From Chrysomallon squamiferum (taxonomy: Eukaryota; Animalia; Mollusca), in contig CM022671.1 in the NCBI GenBank assembly GCA_012295275.1, positions 32,178,001-32,242,000 of the forward strand: 64,000 nucleotides of DNA, read 5' to 3'. The position numbers and the translations under genes are program-made. The notes under the pieces were generated by a model that saw only the letters and a list, made by a program, of their open reading frames with translations, ran no database searches and had not been told where the DNA came from. Below are positions 42,401 to 56,017 of the stretch, one piece after another (position 1 is the stretch's first letter; each line of letters begins with the position of its first letter).

Positions 42401-43520
42401 GAGATTTGTTTTTAAAGTTATTTAAGAACACATTAAAATGCTTTGAGAGAGTTGTTTTTAAAAAAGAGTTAAATAAATTGCACATAATATTTCTCCAGAA
42501 ACTTAATAGGTTATAGATTTTTCTGTCTCTTTATTTTGTTTTTTTGTTATGACATAGAGGCAATATCGTTTATCCCTATTTTCTATTTCATTTTATTATT
42601 ATACATGTATTTTTTACATGCCAAATTTTCTGATAAATTGATATTTTCTTACAACTTAATAAAAAAAATGGTATTACTTTTTTCACATGTAACGGTAACT
42701 TTTGCTCTGGCAGATAACAAAAAAACAAAAACATTTTTTTTTTTATTAAGCTGATAAACTGGAAATTTATAGATTGAAAGCAAAAACTACTAATGTTTTT
42801 TTGGAACACAAATTACTTTTTTTTTTAATATGAAAAGGAGAAAAAAAAAAAAAAAAACAAACAAAAATACTGAAAAATTACTTCTTGAAAATTTAAATGA
42901 TAATAATTTCTAACAACAACAACAGAATGTCTGTAATCCCCACACCACAGTAATCTGCATGTCATTACTGATTCATAGACACTGATCATTATGGTCAAGG
43001 GATATTCATATTCATCATCAAACGAGACAATACAAATCAAATACTAAACAGTCCAGACTTGTGGACACCCTACGGCTCTTTAAGATGTCACCAGTGTGTA
43101 GTGATAATTGTTATAATTTGGAAGAAATCATATACCTAAGCTGGGATGATAGCATCAGATGCGATAGAAAAAACAAAATTGGCAGTTTCTTGTATGGATT
43201 TGTATTAGCTCTAACTGTCATTTGTGATAAATTGGAGAAAATTTGTCACGACCATCTCGGTATTGTTGTCTAGGCAGGAGTAATTCCACGATTACCTTCA
43301 ACACGACAGAATGTGTAATTATCATATCAGCAGTTTTTCACTTGTATTATTACTTGCTTGCAGAGTAAAAACTATTCCTGTTGTGGGATTATTTGTCATA
43401 GATTCTTGCAAGAGTAAAGTAATCTTCTTTGATAGCTTGAATAAGACAGATTTAGATAGGATTTTGTTTATTTGTTTAAATGGAACTTTTTTTTTTCTCT
43501 CTCCCTTTCTTTGTTATTTT

Positions 43521-43538
43521 ATTTTATTTTTATTTTTA

Positions 43539-43570
<32 letters not shown>

Positions 43571-43808
43571 TTTTATTATTTACTTTGTTTTATTTAGTTA
43601 GTTTTATTTTTATTATTTTTTTATTTTATATGTATATATTTAAATTTTATTTTTATTTTGTTTTGTTTTGTTTTGTTTTGTTTTGTATTTTATTATTTAC
43701 TTTGTTTTATTTAGTTAGTTTTCATTTATTTATTTATTATTATTATATATTTTTGTTTTGTTTATTTATTATTATTATTTTTTTATTCAATATGTATATA
43801 TTTAAATT
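43521..43808. repeat. Imperfect tandem duplication of a T-rich unit containing (TTTTG)n
   Basis: tattttattatttactttgttttatttagttagtttt and tatgtatatatttaaatt each occur twice. Confidence 0.8.
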
Positions 43809-44089
43809 ATTCCCATGTAATTAATGAATTTGTTTTGGGTTGTTGTTTTCTGGGGGGTTTTGTCACATAATTATTTGTCATTTATACCTATCTGTCTTAT
43901 TTTATTTGTTTGTATCAGCCAGTGACATCTGTTGCTTTTGTAGTTAAAGGTATTGTTTAAAAAATAAACCCCAGATGTTTCTGTCTGTAATTTGACATGC
44001 ACTATTTATTATTGTTTAACATGCAGTTATTGTTGTGTAATCTCTTTGTTATTTTGTTTTAGTCTATTATTATGTAGTCTAGTCTAATT

Positions 44090-44520
44090 GTTATAATTAG
44101 GTAATTCTAGATTTTGAATAATTTTAGGCTATTTATTGTTATGTAATTTAAGGCATTATATTATATATTTTAGGCTGTATTTTGACATTTTAGGCTGCAT
44201 TATGTAACTCCAGGCATTACAATATTTGGCAATTTTTGTGCAATTTCATGAATTATGTAACATTATTTTAGGATGTATAATGTACTTTTAGGCATTATTT
44301 CATTTTAGGCTGTATTATGCAATTTGAGGCATTATATCATCTCATTTTAGGTACTGTGTAACTTACAAATTTGATCAGGTACTTTTAAGCTATATTGCAG
44401 TTTAAATATACTAGATCATTTTAGGCTATTGATTGTAGGTGTAATTTAAGACTGTATTATTATGTCATTTGTATTACAGAGTAATTTTAGACTGTTATTG
44501 GGTAATTTAAGGCTTTATGT
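44090..44520. repeat. Degenerate minisatellite, ~20-25 bp unit, core TTT(T/A)AGGC
   Basis: Recurrent ttttaggctgtattatg and taatttaaggcattata variants. Confidence 0.75.
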
Positions 44521-45189
44521 TGTTTTGAATATATTTTTGTGTTAAGCTGTTTCTTTTTATTGTTTTTGAGGGTTTTTAAAATGTATAAATCATTTTGACA
44601 TGAGTATTTAAAATAGTAGGTGTGCATAACTGATTTATTGACAGCAACAGATGTTAGTAATTTATCAGTTCTTATTTTTCACTCTGTTATTGATTGACAT
44701 TATTCAGATAAATTAAATAAAGCATTTATAAAGTGCATGCTGATATACACACACATGCAGTTTTAACACACACAAAATATACATACACAGGTACAAATAC
44801 AAATATGCAGGTACATACATCTGTATACTTATTTTCAGTCAAATGCTATTTATTTTGTAATAACCTTCAGTGGAATGCTGAACACGTTGAAAATGTAAAT
44901 TAACCTTTTTTGAAGGAGTCTGTGATCTCTTCAGAAGTATACATTATTTATCAAAGGTCATGTCTGAAGTATGAGCATTAATTTTTTAAAACCAGCACTC
45001 TGTTCTGATGACAGACGAAAAGTCTTGAGCTTCAATCAAAATGTCACCAAGATTCCTCACAAACCCACCTTAATAATAATGTTTGGTGGACATCTCCCAC
45101 CCTCAGGCATCTACCAAGTCCAGTAAATGCTCCTTCATTTGGACTTGCAATTCAGCTACATGCTAATAACAACATTTCAGAGAAGTGAT

Positions 45190-45828
45190 CTAGCTCGAGG
45201 GGCTGTGCTTTTAACACTAGTATTTGCCTGTTCACTCAGACGTAAAATTACAGACTGGAGATCCGATTTGAGAAAAGTTATGTTGTCCCGCGGGGTAATT
45301 TGGGCTGACTCCAATGCTGAAGAACTGCCCGTCTGAACAGAGCATCCCAAGGTAGGCCGCGTCAGGTGGTATAGACTGTGACATCTCTCTGTAAGGATCG
45401 CACAAAGCTGTCTATGACCCTTCGCCTGTATTGGTGAGAGGTGTACATTACAGGCTTTGCTGTTATTATGAACAGCACCTTTGAGCTGAACGACAACGAT
45501 TTGGAGAGAACACAAGAGGTGGATTACCTGCCGTATTGGATGGCAAATGTGACAGCTTGATACGTTTTTATCTGGACACATCTCAGTATCTGATCACACT
45601 GGGATTATTTGTGTGTGTGAGACTGTTGTGCAGTAAGCAGTGCTGTCTGTTATTGTCATTACTTCTTGTTTGACTTAGTTTATAATTTAATCTCGGTCCT
45701 GTGATACCTGAATGTGTTAATGTTATAATAGCAGATGGGATATTTTGTATGATGTTGTGCATTCTAAATTGGAAATCTGAGGTTGTGATATGTAAAACCA
45801 ACCTTGGATCAGGCTAGAATTCAGAAAG
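45190..45828 (+). promoter_or_regulatory. CpG-rich island, possible alternative promoter/first exon or enhancer
   Basis: Clustered CpGs (ccgcgg, ggccgcgtc, ccgtc). TCAGT near 45583. Donor AAG|GTGAGG at 45828/45829. Confidence 0.35.
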
Positions 45829-46513
45829 GTGAGGATTTTTATTTTGTTTTGTTATTTTTTTTCCTGATCCATTCTTTTAAAATTTTACATCTGCCTCAGT
45901 GTTTTATTGTGGTTGTTTTGTTTTGTTTTTTTATAATTTTTTTATTTATTAATTTTTCTAAAAATAATTATGAAATGAAACAAATTTACTTTTTAAGAAT
46001 ATTTTCAGCTATTGAACTATATGGCATTTGTCTTTTATTTCAAAACTTTTCTTATATCTTTTTTTTAAAACCTTTTATTTACAACCTTTCTTTTCTACTG
46101 TGGATGTTGATATCAACATTAATGTTTATTTATTTATTACCTCCTACTTATCTTATTTACTTATTGTAAGAGTAACTTCCTAGTGAGGGCGTGGAAAGTG
46201 TAATTTCTAATTTAGTCATACTTGTGGTTATTTTTTTCAAGTAGCTGTAGGCAAGGTCTAGTCTGGCACTTGGACATCTGATATTTCTTAAAGAGCGAAT
46301 TGAAGGTGGTTGTTAAACTGAGGTCAAGTGCTTCCTAATGACTTGCTTAGAAAAAACATAGTAGAAGTAGTATGTACTATACATCCAGCACTAATTCTTA
46401 TTAAGAAGGGAGTATGTAGAATAATAAATTCTTGACCTGTACTTGAATATCGAGCAGGATATTTACATATTCATACATGCGCACACAAAAGTATTCATAC
46501 ATATATTCACATA

Positions 46514-46578
46514 CAAGTGTATAATCATCCTTATTAGCACACATGCAAGTGTATAAATATCCTTATTAGCACACATGC
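46514..46578. repeat. 32-bp tandem duplication
   Basis: caagtgtataa(tc/at)atccttattagcacacatg occurs twice. Confidence 0.9.
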
Positions 46579-46585
46579 ATGAGTG

Positions 46586-46646
<61 letters not shown>
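46586..46646. repeat. (CT)n(CA)n compound microsatellite
   Basis: Direct reading. Confidence 0.95.
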
Positions 46647-46648
<2 letters not shown>

Positions 46649-49600
46649 GCAGACAGAAATGTAGAATTACTGTAGCAAATAATGAACAGGTATAAATAAT
46701 ATTGTGCATTTACTCAGGTAATAAACATTTGCTAATGTTACTTGACATTTAAAATATTTTCTTTAAAAACAAACAAACAAAATAAAAAAAGGAATAAATA
46801 AATAAAATATTCAAAATTAAGAAAGAAACAAAAAACCCAGGCAGACTGTTTTGACAAGACCCATTTTTTCTTCTTCATTTTTTTCTTTTTCACATTTTTA
46901 GAATATTTTTTTCTTCTGTTTATGTTTTCCTGATCTTTTTTCTTTTTGGCTTATCTTTCATTTTTTTTTTTTTTCCATTCACATTTTGTTTGTCTGAAAA
47001 ATTCTTAAAGGATTTTTTTCCCTCTTTTTTTTTTTTCATTTCTTTTCACTACTTACATAGCTGTGGGTGCTAGTGTTTACATGATGGTTATTCAATTGCA
47101 CCATAGTGTCAAGCCATTAGAAATCAGATAGAGATTTTATGATCTTCTATTCTTATTTTTATGTTGGAAGGGAATGTTATTTTTCTCAGTTGAGTGGCAA
47201 CTGATACCAAGCTGTTTGAATAATCTGAACACAGCAGTGCTTTGATAAATGTACGACTAATATCAGATGACTTCTCTAGTTTCAGTCATTTTGTATTATT
47301 ACAAACAGAGAAACACACATAATGGGATACTAGTAATTATCTTACATTAAAAATTTGTACCAGCATAGTAATCTGAAAATTATAACTCCTTTTGAACATT
47401 AGTTTGAGCTTGTTTAATACTATTGTAAATGGATGATAAAGGATGGTGTAGATGTAAAGATGATGTTTTAATTTTCTTTTCTTTTTTTAGTATATGTAGG
47501 TGGATGGGAAGATATGTGAGATTGACAAAGAGGAAGGGAGAGAGAGAGAAAGAAAGAGAATTTTATTAGTGTTTGCATGTTATTTTTCATTATTATTATA
47601 TATTTTTTTATGTTTGAGTAAGTTTTGTTTTTCATTTAGGACAAATGTATATACACAAGTGAGAGAAAACTAGTCAGAGAGGTAGTGTGGTATATGAGAG
47701 TGTGCGAATGTGATCACCATCATTTAAAATCAAACTGAAAAAACATTTGCCATAATTCACACAGGTTTTTTTTACAGTTTTAGCTAAGATAGGATTTGAT
47801 TAATTGTTGGTATCAAATCATCCACTGCGCCACCCTTGATGTGTTTATGACAAGTGAATAATTGGTCACGGCATATAAATAGACACCAGCTTTTGTTGGT
47901 GTATCTGGTGCAACACACATTAAATTGGTGTTGTTGTGTATACTTTGAATTACCGGACCCAGCCCTTTGCTACTTGTTGGCATAAATCAGTGGTGAGTAG
48001 TTAGTTTGTTCACACTGTGACACTTTAAATTGTTGACACGTGAAAAGTTCTCTGCCTGAATATGGAATAATATTTCCAGCTGCTTGTCATAAAAATATCA
48101 GATAGTCAATATGGAAGTTATTCACGTCCTCGTTCTCTGTTCATTTGTTTCCATTGAGAGGCACTCGACAAAAGTTTTTATAGCTGAATTGCCAGTAAAT
48201 GTGTAGCAGGCTTCAGAAAGTGTTTAGGGACAATATTTGTACAGTTCATGCAAGGTCGCTTTGCAGTGTTCCTTGTGGATGTGTTTAGTTTCCATTTCAC
48301 CTAGTGAAAAGATAACCCGCTTGTGAGGCCAGTCCAATGAGCTGCAGCTGTGTTCTCGTCCACACTCTTCCACTTCTGTTCTTTTTTTTTCTTTTTTTTT
48401 TTAAATTCCATGTTTTAATGTTTGCTTTGTTAAAATAAAATAAAAAAAATAAAAAAAATCTTTTGATATTTTGTGAATAATAATGACACAGAGTTGTACA
48501 CAATTGTGTCTTTGATTGCTACCTCATATGGAAAATTTGCAAACATTCCAGATGTGAGGCCTTTTATTTTTTGACCCCTTCTTCTTTGCACAAGATTACC
48601 ATGATTGCTTTTATAGCACTGTGGGCCCTTTAAGAATCTTCCAACACCATTACATTTGTGACGGAGCACACTGAGGTCTGATGAATGCATCTAACTGCTA
48701 TCAATTTTCTTTGCTACTTTAATCATTTATGAAAGGCCCCTGATATTTAGTCATGTTACATTCTGTGCCAAGCTCACAATGAGGCACAGTTCGATATCTG
48801 CTGCAGTCACCCTCATAAATTGAGGTTTATGATATCAGAGCACAGCTATTGGGCTGACAAGCAATTTCTCAGCTGAAAGACTGGCTGCAGATGAGTTGAG
48901 TTCATGGCAGCCATCATGAAATTTTGACAGTATCAGCTACGAAGCTGAAGAGAATGTTAGGCTGAAGGCTTCTTATTTTCTATAATTTTCAAATTTTTTA
49001 TTTTTTTATTTTAAAACTGTTATCCGTGTTTTGCTTGTGAGAAACTAAATAATAAATCCTTGAATAATTAAATAAAATAATAATGATAACATAATTTTTT
49101 TATTTCATTTATTGTTCAACTGCAGTCATAGATGCATTATGCATACATGAAAGCACACACTTTCACTTGTAAATTCACAAGCACATACAAATAACCAAGT
49201 GCCCCCAAAAAATATAATAACAATATTTAAATAAATAATAGTAATAAAAGAAGAAAAAAAAGAAAGAGAGAAAAGAACTTGAGTATTTTATTCTTTTATT
49301 TTATTATATTTTAAAAAAATTGAAAACGACATAAAGCCATTACCTTTTCAGTCTGATAAATGGCAACACATCAGGTTATCTTTCTGCTCATCAGTTTTTA
49401 AGCATTCTGTTTTTCAACCAATATCAATCAGTGAAATGGGATTGTATTTTTTGTTTCTTTTCTCTTGGTGATTTATCAGAATTCCACATCAAAGTTTGCC
49501 ATGTGATGCTTGGAGTTTTTGAATCAAAAAATAATACATGTAAGTTGCCACCTTGACAGATATAACATGGCTCTGTGGTATCTCCCAGGATCAGTTTTAG

Positions 49601-52600
49601 ATTTCGTAACAGCTGCCGAAACCAGCTAGTTTATCTGACAGTGTTTCAGTTTACTGTTATTATAAATAGAACAGAGATAATACTTTTTCATTCTTCTTTT
49701 TTTCAAAAAAAATTTCTATTAATACATTTTTAATTAGAAATTTTGTTAAATGAATGCATGCATGTGTTAGTGTGTAAAACTAGCAAAAATGTGTAGATCT
49801 TTGTGCATGTGCTTGTGCATGTGCATGTGTGAACATGTATAGCAACTGGTGAGGTGCAACAAGTGAGGTGGCATTATGTTTGCTCATTGGAAACCTGTTT
49901 TAATTTCGTCAAGCCTGGATTGCTCTGTATTCAGCTGTATCACATTCTGCACATGTGTGACATAAAATGCGTTTTTATAGCTGCAACATGTTCATCTGAT
50001 TAATCTGGACAGTTGGTATTGATTCAGTGGTAGAGCTGGAAGAAAAATAAAAAGGACAAAATAGATAAAATTTATTGCATTTAAACAGTTCAAACAGTAA
50101 AACACCATGTATCTACAGCATGCTGGTGAAATTTGAATCATCTGTGTTGTTTCCTTAGAACAGAAAATTTGTCAAATATTTATTTATTTATTTTTTATTT
50201 TATTATTTTTTTGTGGGTTTTTTTTTCATTTCTTATTTATGATCATTTTTAAAAAGAATTATTTATTATTTTGTTTTATTTTTATTTTTATTGGGTTTTT
50301 TTTTGGTTTGTCATCTGTAAAGTAGTAAACAGAATTTTATTGATTTATTTTTTCACCTATAATCAAGAAACCAGCAGTATAATTACTTTAAATCTCCTGC
50401 GATTTAATTTCCAAGTTCATTTTCTACATTTTTTTTGTTTAAAAAAATGTTTTATATAAATAGACTGCAAAGCAGGACTACAGTATCATTAAGTACATAT
50501 TTTTTGAATTTTCTCACTTATTTGTTTCTTAAATTATTATTAATTTTTTTTTATCTTAAATATTAAATTTATATTGGTTAAGGAAAGGAAATTTTCTTTT
50601 AAAATTATTCCACCAAATCACTGAACAATAATAATACTTTAATTTTGCTTTTTTAAATACTTAATTATATTAATATTAAAAAAAAAAAAAATAATAATAA
50701 AAAAATTAAAAAATTAAAAATTAAAAAAAAAATTAAAAATTAATCTTTCAAACTAATATGCATCTGTGATCTGGTTAGATGACAGTTATGATTCTATAAA
50801 TTATTTCATAACTGTTTTATTATTATTAATGTTAGAAATGTTTCTGTTATGCTGTTACTGCATTGCTGTTATCTTTTCTATTAATAAAATGTTAAAAAAT
50901 AATAATAAATAAATAAAAAATGAAGTAACCATAGCAATTAAAAGAAAAGATTATTAATACCACAACCAACTATTACTGTTAATAATTCCATTGCTCCTGC
51001 TGCTACCACTACCACCATTAACTACTATAACTGCTCCTACTGCTACTAACAGTAATGTTCATATAATATTAGCCTCACTAGAAAAAGATAATGGAAAATG
51101 ACTCATGACAGTGTTAAAACAAAGGCCGTTATAATTGTATTTTCTCATCATTCTTGTTTATCTTCCATAAATTGTTAATACATTAAAATGTGACTTTAAT
51201 AATTGATACAAACCCATGTTATGTTTTCTGCTGGTAATTACCTTGTACTGTTAATTAGGGCATTGGATGTGGGAACACACAGATCAGATTAAACTGCCAA
51301 TCTCAAAGGATTACTTAAAATGTTTTATAGCCTAGATAATGTCAGACATTAATATTTGTGGTATTTCTATTGTCTTTTTCTTCATACGGTTGCCAGGAGA
51401 CCAGACTACTGATGCTTAATAATGCATTTGTACAGATATCCCGTTTAATCACGTAAAATGGAACTAAATCTCTCTCCATGGTATTAATGACAATTCTTTA
51501 CATTCAAATGAAGATGCAACCGGAAAAAGCGGAAATATTGTTCACACATTATGTCGCATTAAAAAGTCTGCATTGCTGTCCATTGGAATCAATATGCCTT
51601 TGGTCTGATAGAAAATTGTACACAATAAACTTGACTGAATTGTGTTGACAAGTAATGGTAATTTCAAGCTCTAATCAATCCTTTTTGCAATGGTATCCAA
51701 TTTCCTGCCCTGAAGACAATAATCGCCCTTCATCTACATTAATTCACGCAGATACAAGTTTCCCAATGGATGTCTAACTGTTTCAGCTTCCCGAGATAAA
51801 TGGCTTATATCGAGGGATCATAAACTTCCCATAACATTTGTCAAAAATTAAAATGGTAATTGTTATTGTCTGGTGATGGTCTGATAGAATCTAGTGCATT
51901 AGGAAATCTGAATTCAGCAACAATTTGATTTATGCTAGTGTCAGGCACAGGGTTGATATATTTTTTACTGGTTTCATTTTAATACTTTGAAATTTATACA
52001 TGTAGACTGCAGTGTGCCATTGATCTGTGTTACAAGACTGTCAGAAGAGGGAGAACAAAAATATATTTATTTGTTTCTGGGTTTTTTATTTTTATTATTA
52101 TATATATACTTTTTAACTCTTTCTGTTTGGAACATTATTAATTTAATGCTGCTTGAAATGATAAATTTAAGAAAAAAATATCACAATTTTTTTGACAGGT
52201 TTACTCTCCCCTGTTTAATTTATTATTTATTTATTTATTTTTTTTTTAAAAAAAAAAAAAATGTTTTTACTTTATTATTATAATTATTATTATTATTATT
52301 TTATAATATCAGAATAATGTTTCTGGATCTCACTGTGAATAATTATGCATTATCCTTGAGACTGATTTTGGAAATAAATTAATTCCATGTCTGTTTTCTC
52401 ATACATATGGCTGATCAATATAATTGATATTTGTGCTATGCTGAGAAATTTCTGCAGACATCAAGAACAGATGTTGAGTAAACTGGTAATTAGCTGATAA
52501 AGTGTTTGTTAGGGAGTATTTCTTCAAAATATATTTGTATTTGGTTGTCTTATTCCCAAGAATGATTTTTTTTTTTTTTTAAACTATTTTTGTTTAGGAA

Positions 52601-55600
52601 GAGAAATTAAATTGTAAGTTCTTCAAAGCATAGAAGAATTAAGAATGTTGTATCTTTAAAAGAAATGAAAAAAAATCAAATATATTCTTGGTAATAACAA
52701 TGTAAGAAAAGCTTTGTGTGATAGTTTCAGTTAAATGGAACACTCTGGTCAAGGTTACTTGTTGTTTTGTTCAGATTATGTTATTTTAATGAGTAACTTG
52801 CCTGCTGAACAGAATTTTTATGAGCCTTTTTTTTTTCTTCTTTTTTCTTTTTTTTTCATCATGCCTCTTTTCATTGGTGTCTGAAATTGGTCTCTAATAA
52901 AATCAGGCATGCACATTGATGTTATTACATGTTTAAAAGCATCACAATACGAGTGGATTATGCATCATAATTTCACCATTAACTTGATTACAATTTCTGA
53001 GTGATCATAAAACCCAGCTCTAAACAAACCGAGCATTTAAAATCCTATTCTGCTTACAGGGCAGCGCTTTGAAGCAGTGCTAGGAGGCGAAAATCCCTCA
53101 TTAACTTGCGTAGCTATTCAGCCAGCTGAATTGCAGTGTTGTCAGCCTAAATTTATTTATTACGAGAATAATCATCTCCGATAATACATTTATTAAAGTA
53201 ATTGATCCATTATCTCCCTTGCCCGTGTTGCTGTGTACTCGGAATATTTTCGTAAGTGGATTCAGCATGGCTGCGAACAAAGGTTCGTGTTGCGAATCGA
53301 TTGTCTTGTTACTCACACAAGAACTGAATCAATACCTCAGTATAGAAGGAACTCTGTGGTGTCCAAATCGTCCAGCTCAGACAAATAGACTAACCAGAGC
53401 TAAAATAAGATACTAAATTACCTAGATGAATGGACTGGATGTTTCAATTGTCTACAACGTATAAATAGTCACGGTAATAATTTGTCTACATTTTAGAAAC
53501 TTTTTTGAAATATCTGAAGCAAATCCTTTTCTTTTATAGTCAGATGTTATTTTTAATGAAATGTTAAATTCATGAGATACCATTATTATTAGTCTGTCAA
53601 ATTTAAATAAACAGTATTTTCATCAGGTTTAGATAATTAAGACAATCTAAATGGGAAGTTTGAATTTAATATTAATAATTTTTAATTAAACTATTATACC
53701 ACTAATAAAATGGGCACCATATATATGTTTTACAATTTAATATGTATCAATAATAAACAATTTTGAACATTTTAATCAAAAAAATATATATTAAAAAAAT
53801 CTTACTGACTTCTTACTGTACTACTGTGTGTGTATATATATATATATATATAGTATATATATAATTAGAATAAAAATTAAAATATTAGTCTTAAACATTT
53901 TATGTAATTTAAAAAGACTAAACTATCTATTGTGCATAAACCAGCAAAAAGAAATAATAAATTATTTTTATAGGATGAATCAGTTTGTCTAAATTCAATG
54001 GTATGATTGTATCAGTTGTCAACACCAATTGAATTAGATGATATAATTTTAATCCTTTAGAGTCTTGTACATAATTAAATTGGAATTTACCTTTTTCAGA
54101 TAAGAAGAAGAAAAAGAGAAATTCTCATCTGTTTTGCTAAAGTTTTTTTTTTTTAAATTCCATTTAGTGGGAGAAAAAAATATTGGTCTTGGATTTATTA
54201 GTTTAATACATGAATGACAGATCATTTTAATAAGGTTTTTAAAATATATTTTAAAATTTTCATTGGTGTTTATTTTATTTTGTTTTTTTTTAATATTCTT
54301 CATATATATATAAACAATATTAAAAAATATATATATATATAAAAATAATATTAATAACGTAAAGTAACAATAAATTTTACAATTTTTTTTTTATCACAAG
54401 AATTTGTGCTTGACATAGGTCTGTATCTATGAATTTATGCATATAACTATAATTGTAGATTTGGACAGTAATGTGAAAAACAAATAAAAGCATTAACTGC
54501 GATCAGCTGTTAAAAAATAGCTCTACCTTTTTTTCAGAAAGAGTTTAGTCAGACATTTGAAGGAAAAAAGACGTTGCAGAAGTCTGTGTCATGCTTGTAT
54601 TGATTTCTGTCTTGCCCTCTGTGTGCAGTGTGTAGATGGATCTCACTGGAATACAGGAAAATTGGTTAAATGTATTAAATTATCCCCTCGATGGTGTGGT
54701 GTTTTTGTAATTTTCCAGTTTGTGCTCATGGTGTTAAGCTTCAATTTAGAATATTGAACTAAACCTGGGGCCAAGAAAGCGTAAAGATCTCGTAGCCATC
54801 AATTTGGCACTCCCTTGGGCTTTGGCCATTGTTAGAAGTGTATTGCTACACTTTCTTGATATTATCCCTTGTCGACTCCTGAGGCAATCTCATTGATATT
54901 GCTGGCCACAAAATCTCCCATGATTCTCTTTCTTAGATTTTAATGGCTTGATCATGTTGATAGATCCCTTGCTGCTGGATGCAATCTTGTTACTCGGATG
55001 GGTCACAATGTGGGCTGTGGTCTGAACTGCAGTGCACTTGGCCATGTTGAGAAATCCCTCATCTGTCTCGATTGCTAGCATCGGTTTGCCAGCATTGGCC
55101 TCCTTTTGCTTTGGGGAGCTTTCGTAGATCTGGCATGGAAATTACCGACACATAATTTCATTATTTGTAATGGAGGAAGCTCGTCGCAGATATGTGTCTG
55201 TGAATTGATGAAGCTTTTCTCTGTCAATTCAAATTTGATTTGCCGTGGTATTAAGTGGAGCCTAGCAGCTCTTTACCTGATCAGGGTCTGGAATATGGTT
55301 GAATCTTGGATCAAGTTCCTAACATTCACTTGATTACTCGAGATTCTCTTGCACACAGTTACACAGGGTGTGGGAAAGCAATTTTATAAAACAGACAAGT
55401 TAACAAAATAAAGGAAAATACTAAAGGCTGATAGGTTTCAGTTATGATCCTATTTCTTGCTTTTTGTTTTTAAATTGACCATTTAAAGAAATAAGGAAGT
55501 GTACATGTATGTATTCTGACATATAGATAGGACAATTATGCAAAATTCCATTCCAGTTCTTAAACCACATTTATGAGTCATACATTCTTTCCTTCTTTCA

Positions 55601-55610
55601 AAATAACACA

Positions 55611-55613
<3 letters not shown>

Positions 55614-55680
<67 letters not shown>
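55614..55680. repeat. (CT)n microsatellite
   Basis: Direct reading. Confidence 0.95.
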
Positions 55681-55684
<4 letters not shown>

Positions 55685-55979
55685 CTCTTCTCTATCTCTC
55701 AATTCCATATTTATTTTTTCTTTCTATTTTTATTTTTTTTCTATCCATCTCTTCTTTCTCTGTGTTACTATGCCAATGATTTCCTGCCAAATACATTAGT
55801 GGTTTATGTGTTAATTACCATGCTAGAAATCGTCAGCTGAAGGTTACCATTCAATATTTGTTACATGTAGAGTTGTGTTGAGATAATGACAGGGTTGTTA
55901 TTTCTTGATGGAACAAGGTAACCCCCAAGGCAGATGTTATCTGAGAGGCCTCATTGTCAAGTTCAGCTCAGCATGGCAG

Positions 55980-56017
<38 letters not shown>

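Noticed and set aside
44090-44520. CRISPR array or interstitial telomere
   Set aside because: Eukaryotic intron with degenerate units, no constant repeat/unique spacer structure, and no contiguous telomeric hexamers.
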